From Deltaproteobacteria bacterium GWA2_38_16 (GTDB lineage: Bacteria > Bdellovibrionota > JACOXK01 > 2-02-FULL-40-11): a DNA stretch of 64,000 bases. The notes below the pieces were generated by a model. That model made no database searches. It was not told the origin of the DNA and saw only the letters and a list, made by a program, of their open reading frames with translations. The stretch covers positions 153,013-217,012 of the forward strand of contig MGPE01000005.1 of NCBI GenBank assembly GCA_001797335.1. Direction: 5' to 3'. Shown here piece by piece: positions 1-10,749 of this stretch. Positions within the stretch are counted from its first letter, which is position 1, and each line of letters opens with the position of its first letter. The position numbers were made by a program, and so were the translations under genes.

Positions 1-395
<395 letters not shown>

Positions 396-410
396 TTACA
401 CTTTCCTTCC

Positions 411-1748
411 ATGGATCCATTGCTTCAAAAAGATCTCCAAAAATTATATGAATGTCCGCGAATAAATGAGTTTATGACGCTTCTTTCCCAATGGGTTAAA
501 AAATATTCTTTAAAAGAAATTGTAGAAACGGTGGCTTTAAGCAGTGCCTCTCGAAAAACGAGTATCATGGGGTTAGAAACTGCGTGGCTGTTATCTCAGT
601 TTTTTCATTCTCAAAATCGTCTTTTGCCCATTGCTCAAATGATGTGGATAAATTTGTGTGAGGCAGCACGATCCTCTGAAATAGATAATATTAAAGAACA
701 GTTTGGAACGCCTCCCAGGGCTTCTGAGCTCAATATGGATGTTTTTAAAAAAGCCTATCGAGAGCGTGATTTTCAAAAAACATTTCGATGGTTTGTGTTT
801 TTAGCGAGAGAAGAAAAACATAGAAAAGAAATGATGTCTTTTCTTGTCTCTCAAGTATTTTCAGATGAGGCCGATGCGGGATATAAAATAGGCTATCTTA
901 TTCAAACCCAGAAATTTTGTGAGTTTTTCCAGTGGAAAGATTTTTATGTTTATTGGTTTTCAACTCTACATGACCTTTTGTATACGCCTTCCAAAGTAGA
1001 ATTGTTTCATGAAGTTGAAGCTTACTGTAAAGAGGTAACTCCTGTTCTCTCAAACTCTGGATTTTTTAATGAAGTGATCTATTCAGACATTAAGGACTCT
1101 GTGTTTAATGATGAAAAATCGGTAACATTAGAAAAAATATCTGATGCTTTAAATACACAAAAACAATCTTTATCGTCGCTATGGGAACTTTTAAAGTTAA
1201 TTTCTGGTGAAACGTCTTTAGAAGCATTTCACTACACTTCTTATCTTTTTGAAGCAGTGCCCTTTTTAAAACTTGAAGATCAATTTAAGGCTTTGCTTCA
1301 AGCCTCATTATTTATTAAGAAAATGGCTATTTTAGCTAAACCTTTTAAGGTTATTGTCGAAGAACCGTTAGGAACAGTTGAAGAAAAAAAAGTGCCTTCT
1401 TTTTTTCTAGAATATGCCATTCGTCGAGGGCAGGTGGGTAAAGCCTTAGGGGCTTTAAACACTCTCGTGGAACATCCAGAAGAAATGAATCAAGTTACTT
1501 TAGAGCTTTTGGCCTTTTTAGCCTCTCAAAATAGTAATATTCTAATGGCAAAGAAAAATATTTCCTGTGCTACTCTTTCCATTAAAAATTATGTTCAGGT
1601 TTCCCATCCATTTAGGCACCTCTATTTAAAAGTGTTAGTAAAATTTCTAGCCGAACAACCCAAAGACAATACAATTTATCATGCTTTGTCTAATACTCAA
1701 AAAATCAAGTTAGGATATTATTCTTTAGAGGGTGATTTTGGGTTTTGA
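411..1748 (+). CDS. hypothetical protein (445 aa, predicted helical, no recognisable motif)
   Basis: Long uninterrupted ORF directly after tgt; no motif I can assign. Confidence 0.5.
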   Translation: MDPLLQKDLQKLYECPRINEFMTLLSQWVKKYSLKEIVETVALSSASRKTSIMGLETAWLLSQFFHSQNRLLPIAQMMWINLCEAARSSEIDNIKEQFGTPPRASELNMDVFKKAYRERDFQKTFRWFVFLAREEKHRKEMMSFLVSQVFSDEADAGYKIGYLIQTQKFCEFFQWKDFYVYWFSTLHDLLYTPSKVELFHEVEAYCKEVTPVLSNSGFFNEVIYSDIKDSVFNDEKSVTLEKISDALNTQKQSLSSLWELLKLISGETSLEAFHYTSYLFEAVPFLKLEDQFKALLQASLFIKKMAILAKPFKVIVEEPLGTVEEKKVPSFFLEYAIRRGQVGKALGALNTLVEHPEEMNQVTLELLAFLASQNSNILMAKKNISCATLSIKNYVQVSHPFRHLYLKVLVKFLAEQPKDNTIYHALSNTQKIKLGYYSLEGDFGF

Positions 1749-2389
1749 AGGTTGGAACGGATTTTTGTGAGAATTTCTTCGTAATGATACGCTGGCGGAG
1801 CATCGGCATCTTGGATGTGATCTGCTCTTAAGACAAGATCTCCAGTTTTAAGAAGTAAGTCTTTTGTTTTTGGATTTTGATCAATCTTGGCTTGAATGGC
1901 TCTGAAAATAAGTTTGTAATGGTCTTCTTTATTTTTGCCTTTGTATTCCATGCGTTTGCCTTGATAAGAAATCCATGTAATTCCTAATTTTTTATAATTT
2001 TCTTTGGTAGCGTCTCCCGCCTCTTTAGCTTCAAAGCCTGAAAGCTGAGCCACTTCTGCACGTGTGTATTTCCACACTAAATCGTTTCGAAATCTGGGAT
2101 CGTCTTTGTCTTCTGGGTCTGGATATTTCATCATTTGCCAAAATCCTTCCACACTGGCGTAGCTTTTTTCATCGAGCGTAAAGGGAGTTGCAGCAAAGTT
2201 AGAAAAAATGCCAAGTTCAGTACGTTTGGAAAGGATCACTTCTTCTCCAAATTTGGCATCTTGAGGCAATATTTCCCACGGCTTTGCTTCTTCTCTGGGA
2301 ACAGGCTTCCACCATTCTGAAGGATAGGGAGTATGATCAGCAAAGAGAGAAGGGGAAAGTAAACACAGCAAAAAGATAATTTTTTTCAT
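1718..2389 (-). CDS. secreted NADAR-domain (YbiA/DUF1768-like) protein
   Basis: N-terminal signal peptide MKKIIFLLCLLSPSLFA; FSNFAATPFTLDEKSYASVEGFWQ resembles the NADAR core motif. Confidence 0.45.
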   Translation of the reverse strand: MKKIIFLLCLLSPSLFADHTPYPSEWWKPVPREEAKPWEILPQDAKFGEEVILSKRTELGIFSNFAATPFTLDEKSYASVEGFWQMMKYPDPEDKDDPRFRNDLVWKYTRAEVAQLSGFEAKEAGDATKENYKKLGITWISYQGKRMEYKGKNKEDHYKLIFRAIQAKIDQNPKTKDLLLKTGDLVLRADHIQDADAPPAYHYEEILTKIRSNLQNPKSPSKE

Positions 2390-2392
2390 GCT

Positions 2393-3433
2393 TTAAAGAA
2401 GCTCTTTCATGAGAGCGTCAAATTCTTCCTTTGTTGGGATAAGATCTTTTTCTGTTAAATCTCGAAGAGGGACATCTACTAAATTTAAAAGCTCATGATG
2501 GGGTTTGGCATCTTTTTTATAGTAGATGAGTCCTGTAATAATTTTTTGTTCTTTAAACCCTTTTTCCAAAACATTTAAAGCATTCATTCGATCTGCTGGA
2601 TCGTATTCGTTGTGGAGTTTTTTAAGTATGAGCTTTGAGCCATCGTGAAGCATGATTTCTGTAGCTTCACCAGGCTTATAATCCACCGTAATTTCTTCAA
2701 ACGAAGGAACAAATCCCAATTCATGAAGAGGGATATCATGTTCTTTAACATAGGGATAACTTTTGGTAGAGGTTTCATGGTTATTAAAGGTGACGCACGG
2801 GCTAATGACATCTAAAATAGCGCAGCCTTTGTGTGCGAGGCCGGCTTTAATAAGGGAGGTGAGTTGTGTTTTATCCCCTGCAAAGCTTCGAGCCACAAAA
2901 GGTGCTCCCAGTTCAATGGCCAGCTGCACCAGATCCAGCGGTTGGTATTCATTCACATCACCATAATGTGACTGGGCATGAAAATCTGCGGTGGCGGAGA
3001 ACTGTCCTTTCGTAAGGCCATAGGTGCCATTATTTTCAATAATATAGAGCATGTCTGTATTTCGACGAACAGCATGCATGAATTGTCCAATGCCAATATT
3101 AGCACTATCTCCATCCCCGCTAACGCCAATATATTTTAAGGTATGATTGGCTGCTTCGGCACCCGTGGCTAAAGAGGGCATCCGACCATGGACCGCATTA
3201 AATCCATGTGAGTGCGATAAAAGATAGGTAATGGATTTACTGGAACATCCAATACCGCTGAGTTTTGCAAGTTTATGAGGGGGCAGTCCCATCTCATAAC
3301 AGGCATTGATGATACAACTTGTGATAGAATCATGCCCACATCCCTTACACAAAGTAGAGGGAGGTCCTTGATAATCTTGTTTTGAAAAACCAGAACGATT
3401 GGTCATATCAGCCATGAGCGATTGCCTCCTCAA
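2393..3433 (-). CDS. korB: 2-oxoacid:ferredoxin oxidoreductase beta subunit (TPP-binding), KorB-like
   Basis: 346 aa; TPP-binding signature GDGDSANIG..IIENNGTYGLTKGQ; overlaps korA by 26 bp. Confidence 0.85.
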   Translation of the reverse strand: MRRQSLMADMTNRSGFSKQDYQGPPSTLCKGCGHDSITSCIINACYEMGLPPHKLAKLSGIGCSSKSITYLLSHSHGFNAVHGRMPSLATGAEAANHTLKYIGVSGDGDSANIGIGQFMHAVRRNTDMLYIIENNGTYGLTKGQFSATADFHAQSHYGDVNEYQPLDLVQLAIELGAPFVARSFAGDKTQLTSLIKAGLAHKGCAILDVISPCVTFNNHETSTKSYPYVKEHDIPLHELGFVPSFEEITVDYKPGEATEIMLHDGSKLILKKLHNEYDPADRMNALNVLEKGFKEQKIITGLIYYKKDAKPHHELLNLVDVPLRDLTEKDLIPTKEEFDALMKELL

Positions 3434-5210
3434 TTTTATGAGAGATGAAATCAGGATCTAAGGGTAATCCATCGGAATAGGCTATCGGAAAAATTTTAGG
3501 GGCAATGTCACAAAATTGTAATTTTATAAGAGTGGCCAATTGACTGTCTCGATTGTGATCAATGACAATGACTTTATCACAGGTTTTAATGAAATCTTTT
3601 ACTTCTTTATGGAAAGGGTAAGCTAAAACTCTAAGATATTTAAGAGATGTTTTCTTTATTTTTAAGTCATCCAGTGCTTCTTGAATGGCATGGTCATTGG
3701 TTCCTGCGCTAATAATTCCTATTTTAGCTTTGGCATCTCCTAAAACGATAGGTTTGGGTAAATATTGAGGGGCCGTATGAAATTTCTTTTCTAACCGAAG
3801 CATATTGGTTCTGTAAACGGTTGGATCTTCGGAATACCCTGCTATTTCTGTGTGTCCTGTCCCCCGTGTAAAATAAGCAGCCAGAGGATGTGGAGTGCCG
3901 GGTAGTGTTCGATAAGGGATTCCATCTTTATCAATATCTGCATATCGACCAAAGGATTTAATATTTTCTAAATCTTTAAGAGTGAGTACTTTTCCTCGAT
4001 CAAATGGACCTTTTAAATAATTAAAAGGTTCACTGGCCCAATAGTTCATTCCCAATTCTAAATCTGTCATGACAATAACGGGAGTTTGTAAACGATCAGC
4101 AATGTCGAATGATTTTGCTCCCAGCTCAAAGGCTTCTTTGACGGTGGCTGGGAATAAGAGAATATGTCTATTATCTCCATGAGAAGCAAAAGCACATTTT
4201 AAAATATCGGCTTGTTGGGTTCGTGTGGGCATCCCTGTAGAAGGTCCTACCCGTTGTACATTAACGATGACCACAGGAACTTCTGCATAATAGGCCAGTC
4301 CTAAAAATTCACTCATGAGTGAAATTCCAGGACCGGAGCTAGCCGTCATGGCACGCGCACCCATCCATCCTGCTCCAATGGCAGCACCAATGGCACAGAG
4401 CTCATCTTCTACTTGAATGACGGCTATTTTTTTCTTTTTTGTTTCAGGATCTGTTCGCAATCTTTGTCCATAGCTATCCATCGCTTCATTTAAAGAACTG
4501 GCCGGAGTAATGGGGTACCAAGCATCTACCGTACACCCTCCCATAATACACCCTAAAGCGGTGGCGGCATTGCCTTCGATGACAATCTGGGGTTTGGCGT
4601 TTTTGATTTTTTCATAAGAATAAGGATCTTTTTTGGGTAAATGTTCTTTGGCATATTGAATCCCCAGATCAATGGCTTTTAAATTGACATCAATGGCTTT
4701 TTGTTTTTTCTTAAAACTGTCTTCAATAACACTTCGTAAAATGTTTTTATCAAGGCCAAAAATTTCTGCCATCACTCCCACATAGAGCGTATTGGTGAGA
4801 AGCGATCTGAGTCTGGGGGTATCAAACGTATTTTTGGCAATCTTTGTAAGAGGAACAGGATAATAGGTAACGTTTTCTTTAGGAGTTCCAATGTTAAGAG
4901 TGGTTTCATCATAGATCACGACATCTCCTGGATGAACTTCTGCCAAGTCTTGACCCATAGAGGCAGGATTGACAGCTATGAGAACTTCTGAATGTCGTTT
5001 CATCGATTGATAGCCTTTGGGATTGGTCCGAATATAAAACCAGGTGGGAAGTCCTTGGATATTAGAAGGAAAAAGATTTTTAGCAGAGGTTGGAATACCC
5101 ATTCTGACCAAGGTTTTAAAAAGAATATTGTTTGCCGATTGGCTTCCCGTACCATTAATGGTTGCAATTTTAATGGTGAAGTTATTGACAATTTTTTGAG
5201 GCGTACTCAT
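3408..5210 (-). CDS. korA: 2-oxoacid:ferredoxin oxidoreductase alpha subunit, KorA-like
   Basis: 600 aa; N-terminal KIATINGTGSQSAN motif and length typical of KorA/OorA-type alpha subunits; translationally coupled to korB. Confidence 0.85.
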   Translation of the reverse strand: MSTPQKIVNNFTIKIATINGTGSQSANNILFKTLVRMGIPTSAKNLFPSNIQGLPTWFYIRTNPKGYQSMKRHSEVLIAVNPASMGQDLAEVHPGDVVIYDETTLNIGTPKENVTYYPVPLTKIAKNTFDTPRLRSLLTNTLYVGVMAEIFGLDKNILRSVIEDSFKKKQKAIDVNLKAIDLGIQYAKEHLPKKDPYSYEKIKNAKPQIVIEGNAATALGCIMGGCTVDAWYPITPASSLNEAMDSYGQRLRTDPETKKKKIAVIQVEDELCAIGAAIGAGWMGARAMTASSGPGISLMSEFLGLAYYAEVPVVIVNVQRVGPSTGMPTRTQQADILKCAFASHGDNRHILLFPATVKEAFELGAKSFDIADRLQTPVIVMTDLELGMNYWASEPFNYLKGPFDRGKVLTLKDLENIKSFGRYADIDKDGIPYRTLPGTPHPLAAYFTRGTGHTEIAGYSEDPTVYRTNMLRLEKKFHTAPQYLPKPIVLGDAKAKIGIISAGTNDHAIQEALDDLKIKKTSLKYLRVLAYPFHKEVKDFIKTCDKVIVIDHNRDSQLATLIKLQFCDIAPKIFPIAYSDGLPLDPDFISHKIEEAIAHG

Positions 5211-5265
5211 GATTTAGAATCCTTGACTTTGCTATAGCATAGTTAATTTTTTTTATGCAATATAT

Positions 5266-5766
5266 TTATGAATTAACTTTTGAGATCACTCCTCCTTGTA
5301 AAGCAGGTCGGTTACTTAAATATTCTTTGTCCATAATGAAGCTTGATTCTGAGTAATCTGCCCATTCATATTCTTGGCCCATGCGTATAGCATCCACGGG
5401 GCAGGCTTCTTCACAATAGCCACACATAACACACCTTAAAAGATCAATTTGAAAAGAAATGGGGAATTTTTCTACCTTGGGATCCGGATGTTCTGAAGGT
5501 GTAATCTTAATACACCGAGCTGGGCATGCGGTTTGGCAAAGAAGGCAAGATGTACATCGAATGGATCCATCTAATTTTTTGGTTAAAATGTGTTTTCCTT
5601 TAAACCGAGCGGATCGTTCGCGTTTTTTTTCTGGGTATTGAATGGTAGGGATTTTTCGAATTCTAAGAAGATTTAAAATAAAATGTTTTAAGGTAACGGT
5701 CATTCCTAAAAGCATGCCTCGAAAGAAAAAGAGTTTGTGATAGGAGGGGGGACGTTTAATTAACAT
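5266..5766 (-). CDS. nuoI: NADH-quinone oxidoreductase subunit I (two [4Fe-4S] ferredoxin motifs)
   Basis: CTSCLLCQTACP and CVMCGYCEEACPVDAI motifs; position downstream of nuoG. Confidence 0.8.
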   Translation of the reverse strand: MLIKRPPSYHKLFFFRGMLLGMTVTLKHFILNLLRIRKIPTIQYPEKKRERSARFKGKHILTKKLDGSIRCTSCLLCQTACPARCIKITPSEHPDPKVEKFPISFQIDLLRCVMCGYCEEACPVDAIRMGQEYEWADYSESSFIMDKEYLSNRPALQGGVISKVNS

Positions 5767-7259
5767 AAAATCTCACAAATGGGTTTTGCTTCGGGAATAA
5801 GTTTTACACCTCGAGAGAGTTTTTGGGACAATCCTTTAAAGTTTACAAAAGTTCCTTCTGTTTCGATAAAGGTAAGGGTGGGTAACAGGAGATCAAAAAG
5901 AGGGATTTGGTGCTTTACTTGGGTGCCAATATAAATTTTTGTTTTAAGGGAATTATTCTCTTTAAACCAGGATAAAAATTCTGGATAGGCTTCTAAATCA
6001 TGGGGGCCAAAAATAAATAATATTGTCCAAGGATCTGATTTTAATTTTTGTTGAAAAAGAGAGAGATTTTGTTCTTGAAGCTTATAGTGGGCGCTGATTT
6101 TAAGTAAGCCCTGTGAGTTTGGATTTTTATCTCGACGGAAAAGAAGCTCATCTGTAACGGTAGAGTCAGATGCAAGATGGGAATCTGCGCAATGAAAAAT
6201 ATTTTGGGTGCCAATGGTTTTGGTAAAAAAATCATATATGTGGGTGATGTCTTCTGATGTGTATTGAGGGGTAATGAGGACAGAAATTTGCGAAGCTGGT
6301 GTTTTAAAAATAGTAAATAATTCATGTTTTGTTTCATCCCATTCCGTAGGAATAAGCGTGGCTGCTTTTTTGATGAGAGGGGTAGAGATTCTTGATTCTC
6401 TGTGGGTATGTTTATACCGCATGCGTCCATAGTCACACATCCAATAGCCATTGACTTCTTCGTTAAAACGCGGGCGCATTCGATAGGTTCGTTTTTCAAT
6501 GGGATCTTGTGAGATAGTAACATTGCATCCAGTAGAACATCCCGGGCAAATAGATGGGATATCTTTTAAAAACCATACTCGCCTTTTAAATCGAAAATCA
6601 CGACTGGTGAGAGCACCGACAGGGCAAATATCGACACTATTTAAGGTGTAATTATTGTTCAAAGCTTTGTCTTCGTAGGTGCCAATTTCACTTCGGTCTC
6701 CTCGGTTAAAAATAGCCATTTCACTGGTTTTAGGAACTTCATCAAAAAAACGTACACACCGAGAGCATAGAATACATCGCTCGGTATCTAACATTACATG
6801 ATCCCCAATGGGGATAACTTTTCGTTTTTTTACTTTTTCTTCTTCCATGCGGCTCTCATATTTTCCAAATTGCATGTAATAATTTTGAAGACCGCATTCG
6901 CCGGCTTGATCGCAAATAGGACAATCAAGGGGATGATTGATAAGATGAAACGCAAGATTCCACTTTTGAATATTTTTAACAGTTTCAGTTTGAGTTTTAA
7001 CCACCATATTTTCAGTGACGGTGGCATTACATGAAATCAAAGGGCGGGGTTGGCCTTCGACTTCAACAAAGCACATGCGGCAACAGCCTGCGACGGATAA
7101 TCCAGGGTGGTAGCAGTAGTGAGGAACGGAAACGCCATTATCCAAAAGGGCTTTTAAGAGATTTCCGCCCTTTGGAGCTTCGATGACTTTTCCGTCAGCC
7201 GTAATTTTTACCATGGGATTCTTCGCTTTTGGCTCAGAATGACTTGTCATAAATGACAC
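5760..7259 (-). CDS. nuoG: NADH-quinone oxidoreductase subunit G (short form)
   Basis: N-terminal 2Fe-2S ferredoxin domain (MVKITADGKVIEAPKGGNLLKALL...CCRMCFVEV), HxxxCxxC and CxxCxxC..CP motifs; true start probably the internal MVKITADGK Met. Confidence 0.85.
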   Translation of the reverse strand: MSFMTSHSEPKAKNPMVKITADGKVIEAPKGGNLLKALLDNGVSVPHYCYHPGLSVAGCCRMCFVEVEGQPRPLISCNATVTENMVVKTQTETVKNIQKWNLAFHLINHPLDCPICDQAGECGLQNYYMQFGKYESRMEEEKVKKRKVIPIGDHVMLDTERCILCSRCVRFFDEVPKTSEMAIFNRGDRSEIGTYEDKALNNNYTLNSVDICPVGALTSRDFRFKRRVWFLKDIPSICPGCSTGCNVTISQDPIEKRTYRMRPRFNEEVNGYWMCDYGRMRYKHTHRESRISTPLIKKAATLIPTEWDETKHELFTIFKTPASQISVLITPQYTSEDITHIYDFFTKTIGTQNIFHCADSHLASDSTVTDELLFRRDKNPNSQGLLKISAHYKLQEQNLSLFQQKLKSDPWTILFIFGPHDLEAYPEFLSWFKENNSLKTKIYIGTQVKHQIPLFDLLLPTLTFIETEGTFVNFKGLSQKLSRGVKLIPEAKPICEILC

Positions 7260-8518
7260 CTTTTATTTTTAATATGGTACTCGAATTCCTGCTTAAACTT
7301 TGTCACAAAACTTTTTACCGGCATCGCAGCGGCATCTGAAAGGGCACAAATGGTTCTTCCCCCCATCATATTGGTACTAATGTCTTGAAGGAGAGGAATA
7401 TCTTCAGCTCTTCCTCGTTGATGAAGAATGCTATCCACTACTTTTTTCATCCATCCCGTTCCTTCTCGGCACGGAGTGCATTGACCACAGGATTCATGTT
7501 TATAAAAATACGTAATGACACTTAAAAGATCCACCATGCATTGGTCATTGGCAATGACAATCACGCCCCCAGATCCCAGCATGCTGCCTACTTTAGCTAA
7601 AGATTCAAAATCCATCGTCATCGTCATGGTTTCTTCAGCCGTTAACACAGGGGCTGAGAGTCCTCCGGGGATGACCGCTTTTAACTTTAAATTACCGGTG
7701 AGCCCTCCGCCGATATCGTAAATTAAATCTTTCAACGGAAAACCAAGGGGAAGTTCATAGGTTCCTGGATTTTTAACAGGGCCTGACAAGCAAAAAAGTT
7801 TTGTGCCGGGGCTTTTTTCTGTGCCTATTTTTTTATAATTGTCTGCTCCATTTAAAATAATCCAAGGAAGAACAGCCAGCGTTTCAACGTTATTAATGAC
7901 GGTGGGTTTTTTGTTAAATCCACTAATGGCAGGAAAAGGTGGTTTTACTTTAGGTTGCCCTTTGGCTCCTTCCATAGAGGTGACAAGTCCTGTTTCTTCT
8001 CCACAGATGTAAGCTCCCGCGCCTTTAAAAACATGAATATCAAGAGAAAACGGTGTGCCAAAGATATTTTTTCCTAAAAAATTATTTTTAGTGCATTCTT
8101 GAATGGCTGCTTCTAAAGCTTCGATCGATTCTGTATATTCTCCCCGAACATAAATATAGGCTCTGGGGCATTGGATAGCATAGCAGGCAATAATCATTCC
8201 TTCCAAAGTAGAATGCGGAATTTGCTCCATGAGAATTCTATCTTTAAAGGTTCCCGGTTCTCCCTCGTCTGCATTGCAGAGAAGGTATTTCAGGGGAGCA
8301 TCTTTAGGAACGAAAGACCATTTCATTCCCGTGCCAAAACCTGCGCCTCCTCGTCCTCGAAGGCCAGAGTTTTTAACAAGCGTAATAATGTCTTCTGGTT
8401 TTGTTTCTTTTAAAACTTTTTGGGCGGCTGTATATCCACCGTGCTCCCGGTAAACAGCGAGTTTTTTAATATTGGGGATATGTAGATTTTGAAAAACAAT
8501 TTTTGGCGTAGGTGTCAT
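7247..8518 (-). CDS. nuoF: NADH-quinone oxidoreductase subunit F (NADH/FMN-binding)
   Basis: GRGGAGFGTGMKW and C-terminal 4Fe-4S cysteine motif (ESCGQCTPCREG). Confidence 0.9.
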   Translation of the reverse strand: MTPTPKIVFQNLHIPNIKKLAVYREHGGYTAAQKVLKETKPEDIITLVKNSGLRGRGGAGFGTGMKWSFVPKDAPLKYLLCNADEGEPGTFKDRILMEQIPHSTLEGMIIACYAIQCPRAYIYVRGEYTESIEALEAAIQECTKNNFLGKNIFGTPFSLDIHVFKGAGAYICGEETGLVTSMEGAKGQPKVKPPFPAISGFNKKPTVINNVETLAVLPWIILNGADNYKKIGTEKSPGTKLFCLSGPVKNPGTYELPLGFPLKDLIYDIGGGLTGNLKLKAVIPGGLSAPVLTAEETMTMTMDFESLAKVGSMLGSGGVIVIANDQCMVDLLSVITYFYKHESCGQCTPCREGTGWMKKVVDSILHQRGRAEDIPLLQDISTNMMGGRTICALSDAAAMPVKSFVTKFKQEFEYHIKNKRCHL

Positions 8519-8988
8519 GGGAGTTCTTTCAGTAATTGCTCCATTTTTTCTGGGGTGACTTGATAGTAATAGGTGTCGTTAATTCGAAGGGTGGGAGCTT
8601 TGTCGCATCCCCCTAAACATTCAGCTGTGCTCAACGTAAATTTTTTATCTTGAGTGGTTTCTCCTGCTTCAATCTTTAATTTCTTTTTAAGGTGAGAAAA
8701 AAGTTCTCGGCTTTTCATCATTGTACAAGAAATGTTGGTGCAGATTTGAATATGGTATTTCCCGACGGGTTTTTTATGTAGCATTGTATAAAAAGAAGCG
8801 ACTTCTTTGACTTTGGCAGGGGAAAGTTCTGTGAGTGTAGCAACATATTCAATAACCTCTGGGCTTAAATATCCAAATTCTTTTTGTGCCAAATGGAGAG
8901 TGGGAAGAAGTTTGGATTTGGGATTATCATATAAAGTGTCAAAGCTTTTAAATTCTTTGAGTGCGTTGGGTGAAAATTGAATATTCAT
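8515..8988 (-). CDS. nuoE: NADH-quinone oxidoreductase subunit E (thioredoxin-like 2Fe-2S)
   Basis: 157 aa; CTNISC...ECLGGCDKAP cysteine pattern. Confidence 0.9.
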   Translation of the reverse strand: MNIQFSPNALKEFKSFDTLYDNPKSKLLPTLHLAQKEFGYLSPEVIEYVATLTELSPAKVKEVASFYTMLHKKPVGKYHIQICTNISCTMMKSRELFSHLKKKLKIEAGETTQDKKFTLSTAECLGGCDKAPTLRINDTYYYQVTPEKMEQLLKELP

Positions 8989-10664
8989 CGGTCCAATTCT
9001 CCTGCAATAATGTTTAAGCTCCCAATCGTTGCAATAGCGTCGGCAATCATTAATCCTTCAATCATCTTGGGATAAGCTTGGTAATGAGCAAAAGAAGGGG
9101 CTCGGCAATGGATGCGATGGGGAAGCCCTGTGCCATTGCTTACAATATAAAATCCAATTTCTCCATTGGCAGATTCAATATAATTATAAATTTCTCCTTT
9201 GGGAGGCTTAATACCTTCGATAACCAGCATAAAATGATTCATCAATCCTTCGATATTATTATAAACATCTTCTTTTTGAGGAAGGACAATGGATTTGTCG
9301 TCAATTTCAATGGGGCCATCGGGGAGTTTGTCGATAGCTTGTTCGATAATACGACAACTTTGTCTTATCTCTTCCATCCTTACTAAATATCGATCATATA
9401 CGTCACCTTGAGTTGAGATAGGAACCTCAAAATCATAGTTTTCGTAGCCGCTATAGGGGGTTAATTTTCTAAAATCAAGTTCTACTCCGCAGGCGCGAAG
9501 AAGAGGGCCAGTGAGACCATAATCTATGGCGTCTTCCTTAGAGATTCGTCCGACATCTTTACATCGGTTAATAAAAATTCGGTTATTGGTAAGGAGCCGG
9601 TCGATATCTTGGATGGCCGCGCGGATAGATTTTATGGTTTTCTTGGCTTCATCCACCCACCCCTCAGGGAAATCATACATCACTCCCCCAATCATCATTC
9701 CTCGGGGGAACATTCTTCCCCCTCCCCATTTTTCAAAAAGGGTGTAGACTTTTTCCCGTTCAGCAAATGCAAACCAAAAGTTAGTCAAAGCACCCAGATC
9801 AACAGCACCGGTGCCGATGACGACCAAGTGATCAATGATTCTTGAAAATTCTCCAATAATGACGCGAATAGCTTGTGCCCGAGGAGGAGCAATAACCCCC
9901 AATAGTTTTTCCATGGCTAAACAAAAACCAAAATTATTCATGGGGCCAGAGGTGTAGTTAAGCCGTTCGGTGTACGGAATTACTTGATGATAGAGATGGG
10001 TTTCGGCCATTTTTTCAAAACAGCGGTGAAGATAACCTATCTCTACATCGGCTTTAATAATTTTTTCTCCTTCGAGAAGGGCCATGGTTCGAAGGGTTCC
10101 ATGGGAAGCTGGATGTGAAGGGCCTAAATTTAAAAGCATTCTTTTTTCAAATTGATTTCCATAAAGGTCTTCTTGGGTAATGTCCATTAACTCTTCAATG
10201 GCTGGAGCTTCATCTAAAGATTGTCTATTTTCAGGATCAAAATCTTTTCTTAAGGGATGACCTATAAATTTTTGATGGCATAAAATCCGTTTTAAATTGG
10301 GATGCCCCGAGAATTTAACTCCAAACATGTCATAGGTTTCTCGTTCATACCAATTGGCTGATTTCCAAAGAGGGGTTATAGAAGTGATCTCTTCATTTTC
10401 GGCTACTTTTGTTTTAATACGGATTCTTTTTTTAGAGGCTAAGGAAAAAAGGTGGTAGATCACTTCAAATCGTTCTTTTTGGGTAGGAGTGTCAGCACCA
10501 CAGATATCCATCAAAAATTCAAATTTTTGTTCTTCTTTAAGATATTTTAAAAGAGCAGGGATGCCTTCTTTCTTAACATATAAAGAGAGGTCTCCGCGGT
10601 AGTCACCATATGACTCAATATGGGAAGGAAAACGAGCCTTTAGCGTTTCTAATAGAGCAGTCAT
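8985..10664 (-). CDS. nuoCD: NADH-quinone oxidoreductase fused subunits C/D
   Basis: 559 aa; N-terminal NuoC-like (NWYERETYDMFG) and C-terminal NuoD-like (LNLGPSHPASHGTLR) regions. Confidence 0.9.
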   Translation of the reverse strand: MTALLETLKARFPSHIESYGDYRGDLSLYVKKEGIPALLKYLKEEQKFEFLMDICGADTPTQKERFEVIYHLFSLASKKRIRIKTKVAENEEITSITPLWKSANWYERETYDMFGVKFSGHPNLKRILCHQKFIGHPLRKDFDPENRQSLDEAPAIEELMDITQEDLYGNQFEKRMLLNLGPSHPASHGTLRTMALLEGEKIIKADVEIGYLHRCFEKMAETHLYHQVIPYTERLNYTSGPMNNFGFCLAMEKLLGVIAPPRAQAIRVIIGEFSRIIDHLVVIGTGAVDLGALTNFWFAFAEREKVYTLFEKWGGGRMFPRGMMIGGVMYDFPEGWVDEAKKTIKSIRAAIQDIDRLLTNNRIFINRCKDVGRISKEDAIDYGLTGPLLRACGVELDFRKLTPYSGYENYDFEVPISTQGDVYDRYLVRMEEIRQSCRIIEQAIDKLPDGPIEIDDKSIVLPQKEDVYNNIEGLMNHFMLVIEGIKPPKGEIYNYIESANGEIGFYIVSNGTGLPHRIHCRAPSFAHYQAYPKMIEGLMIADAIATIGSLNIIAGELDR

Positions 10665-10749
10665 GGATGTAAAAGAATCTAATCAGTTTAGCCTGCCCTG
10701 TCAATAAAACTCGTTGTAATCAATAGAGAGTTTTTGATACACTAAAAGT

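Noticed and set aside
5760-7259. Short NuoG homologue considered as a formate dehydrogenase or hydrogenase diaphorase subunit
   Set aside because: No molybdopterin-binding region; flanked by nuoF/E and nuoI, so NuoG-like is the simpler reading, though a non-canonical role cannot be excluded
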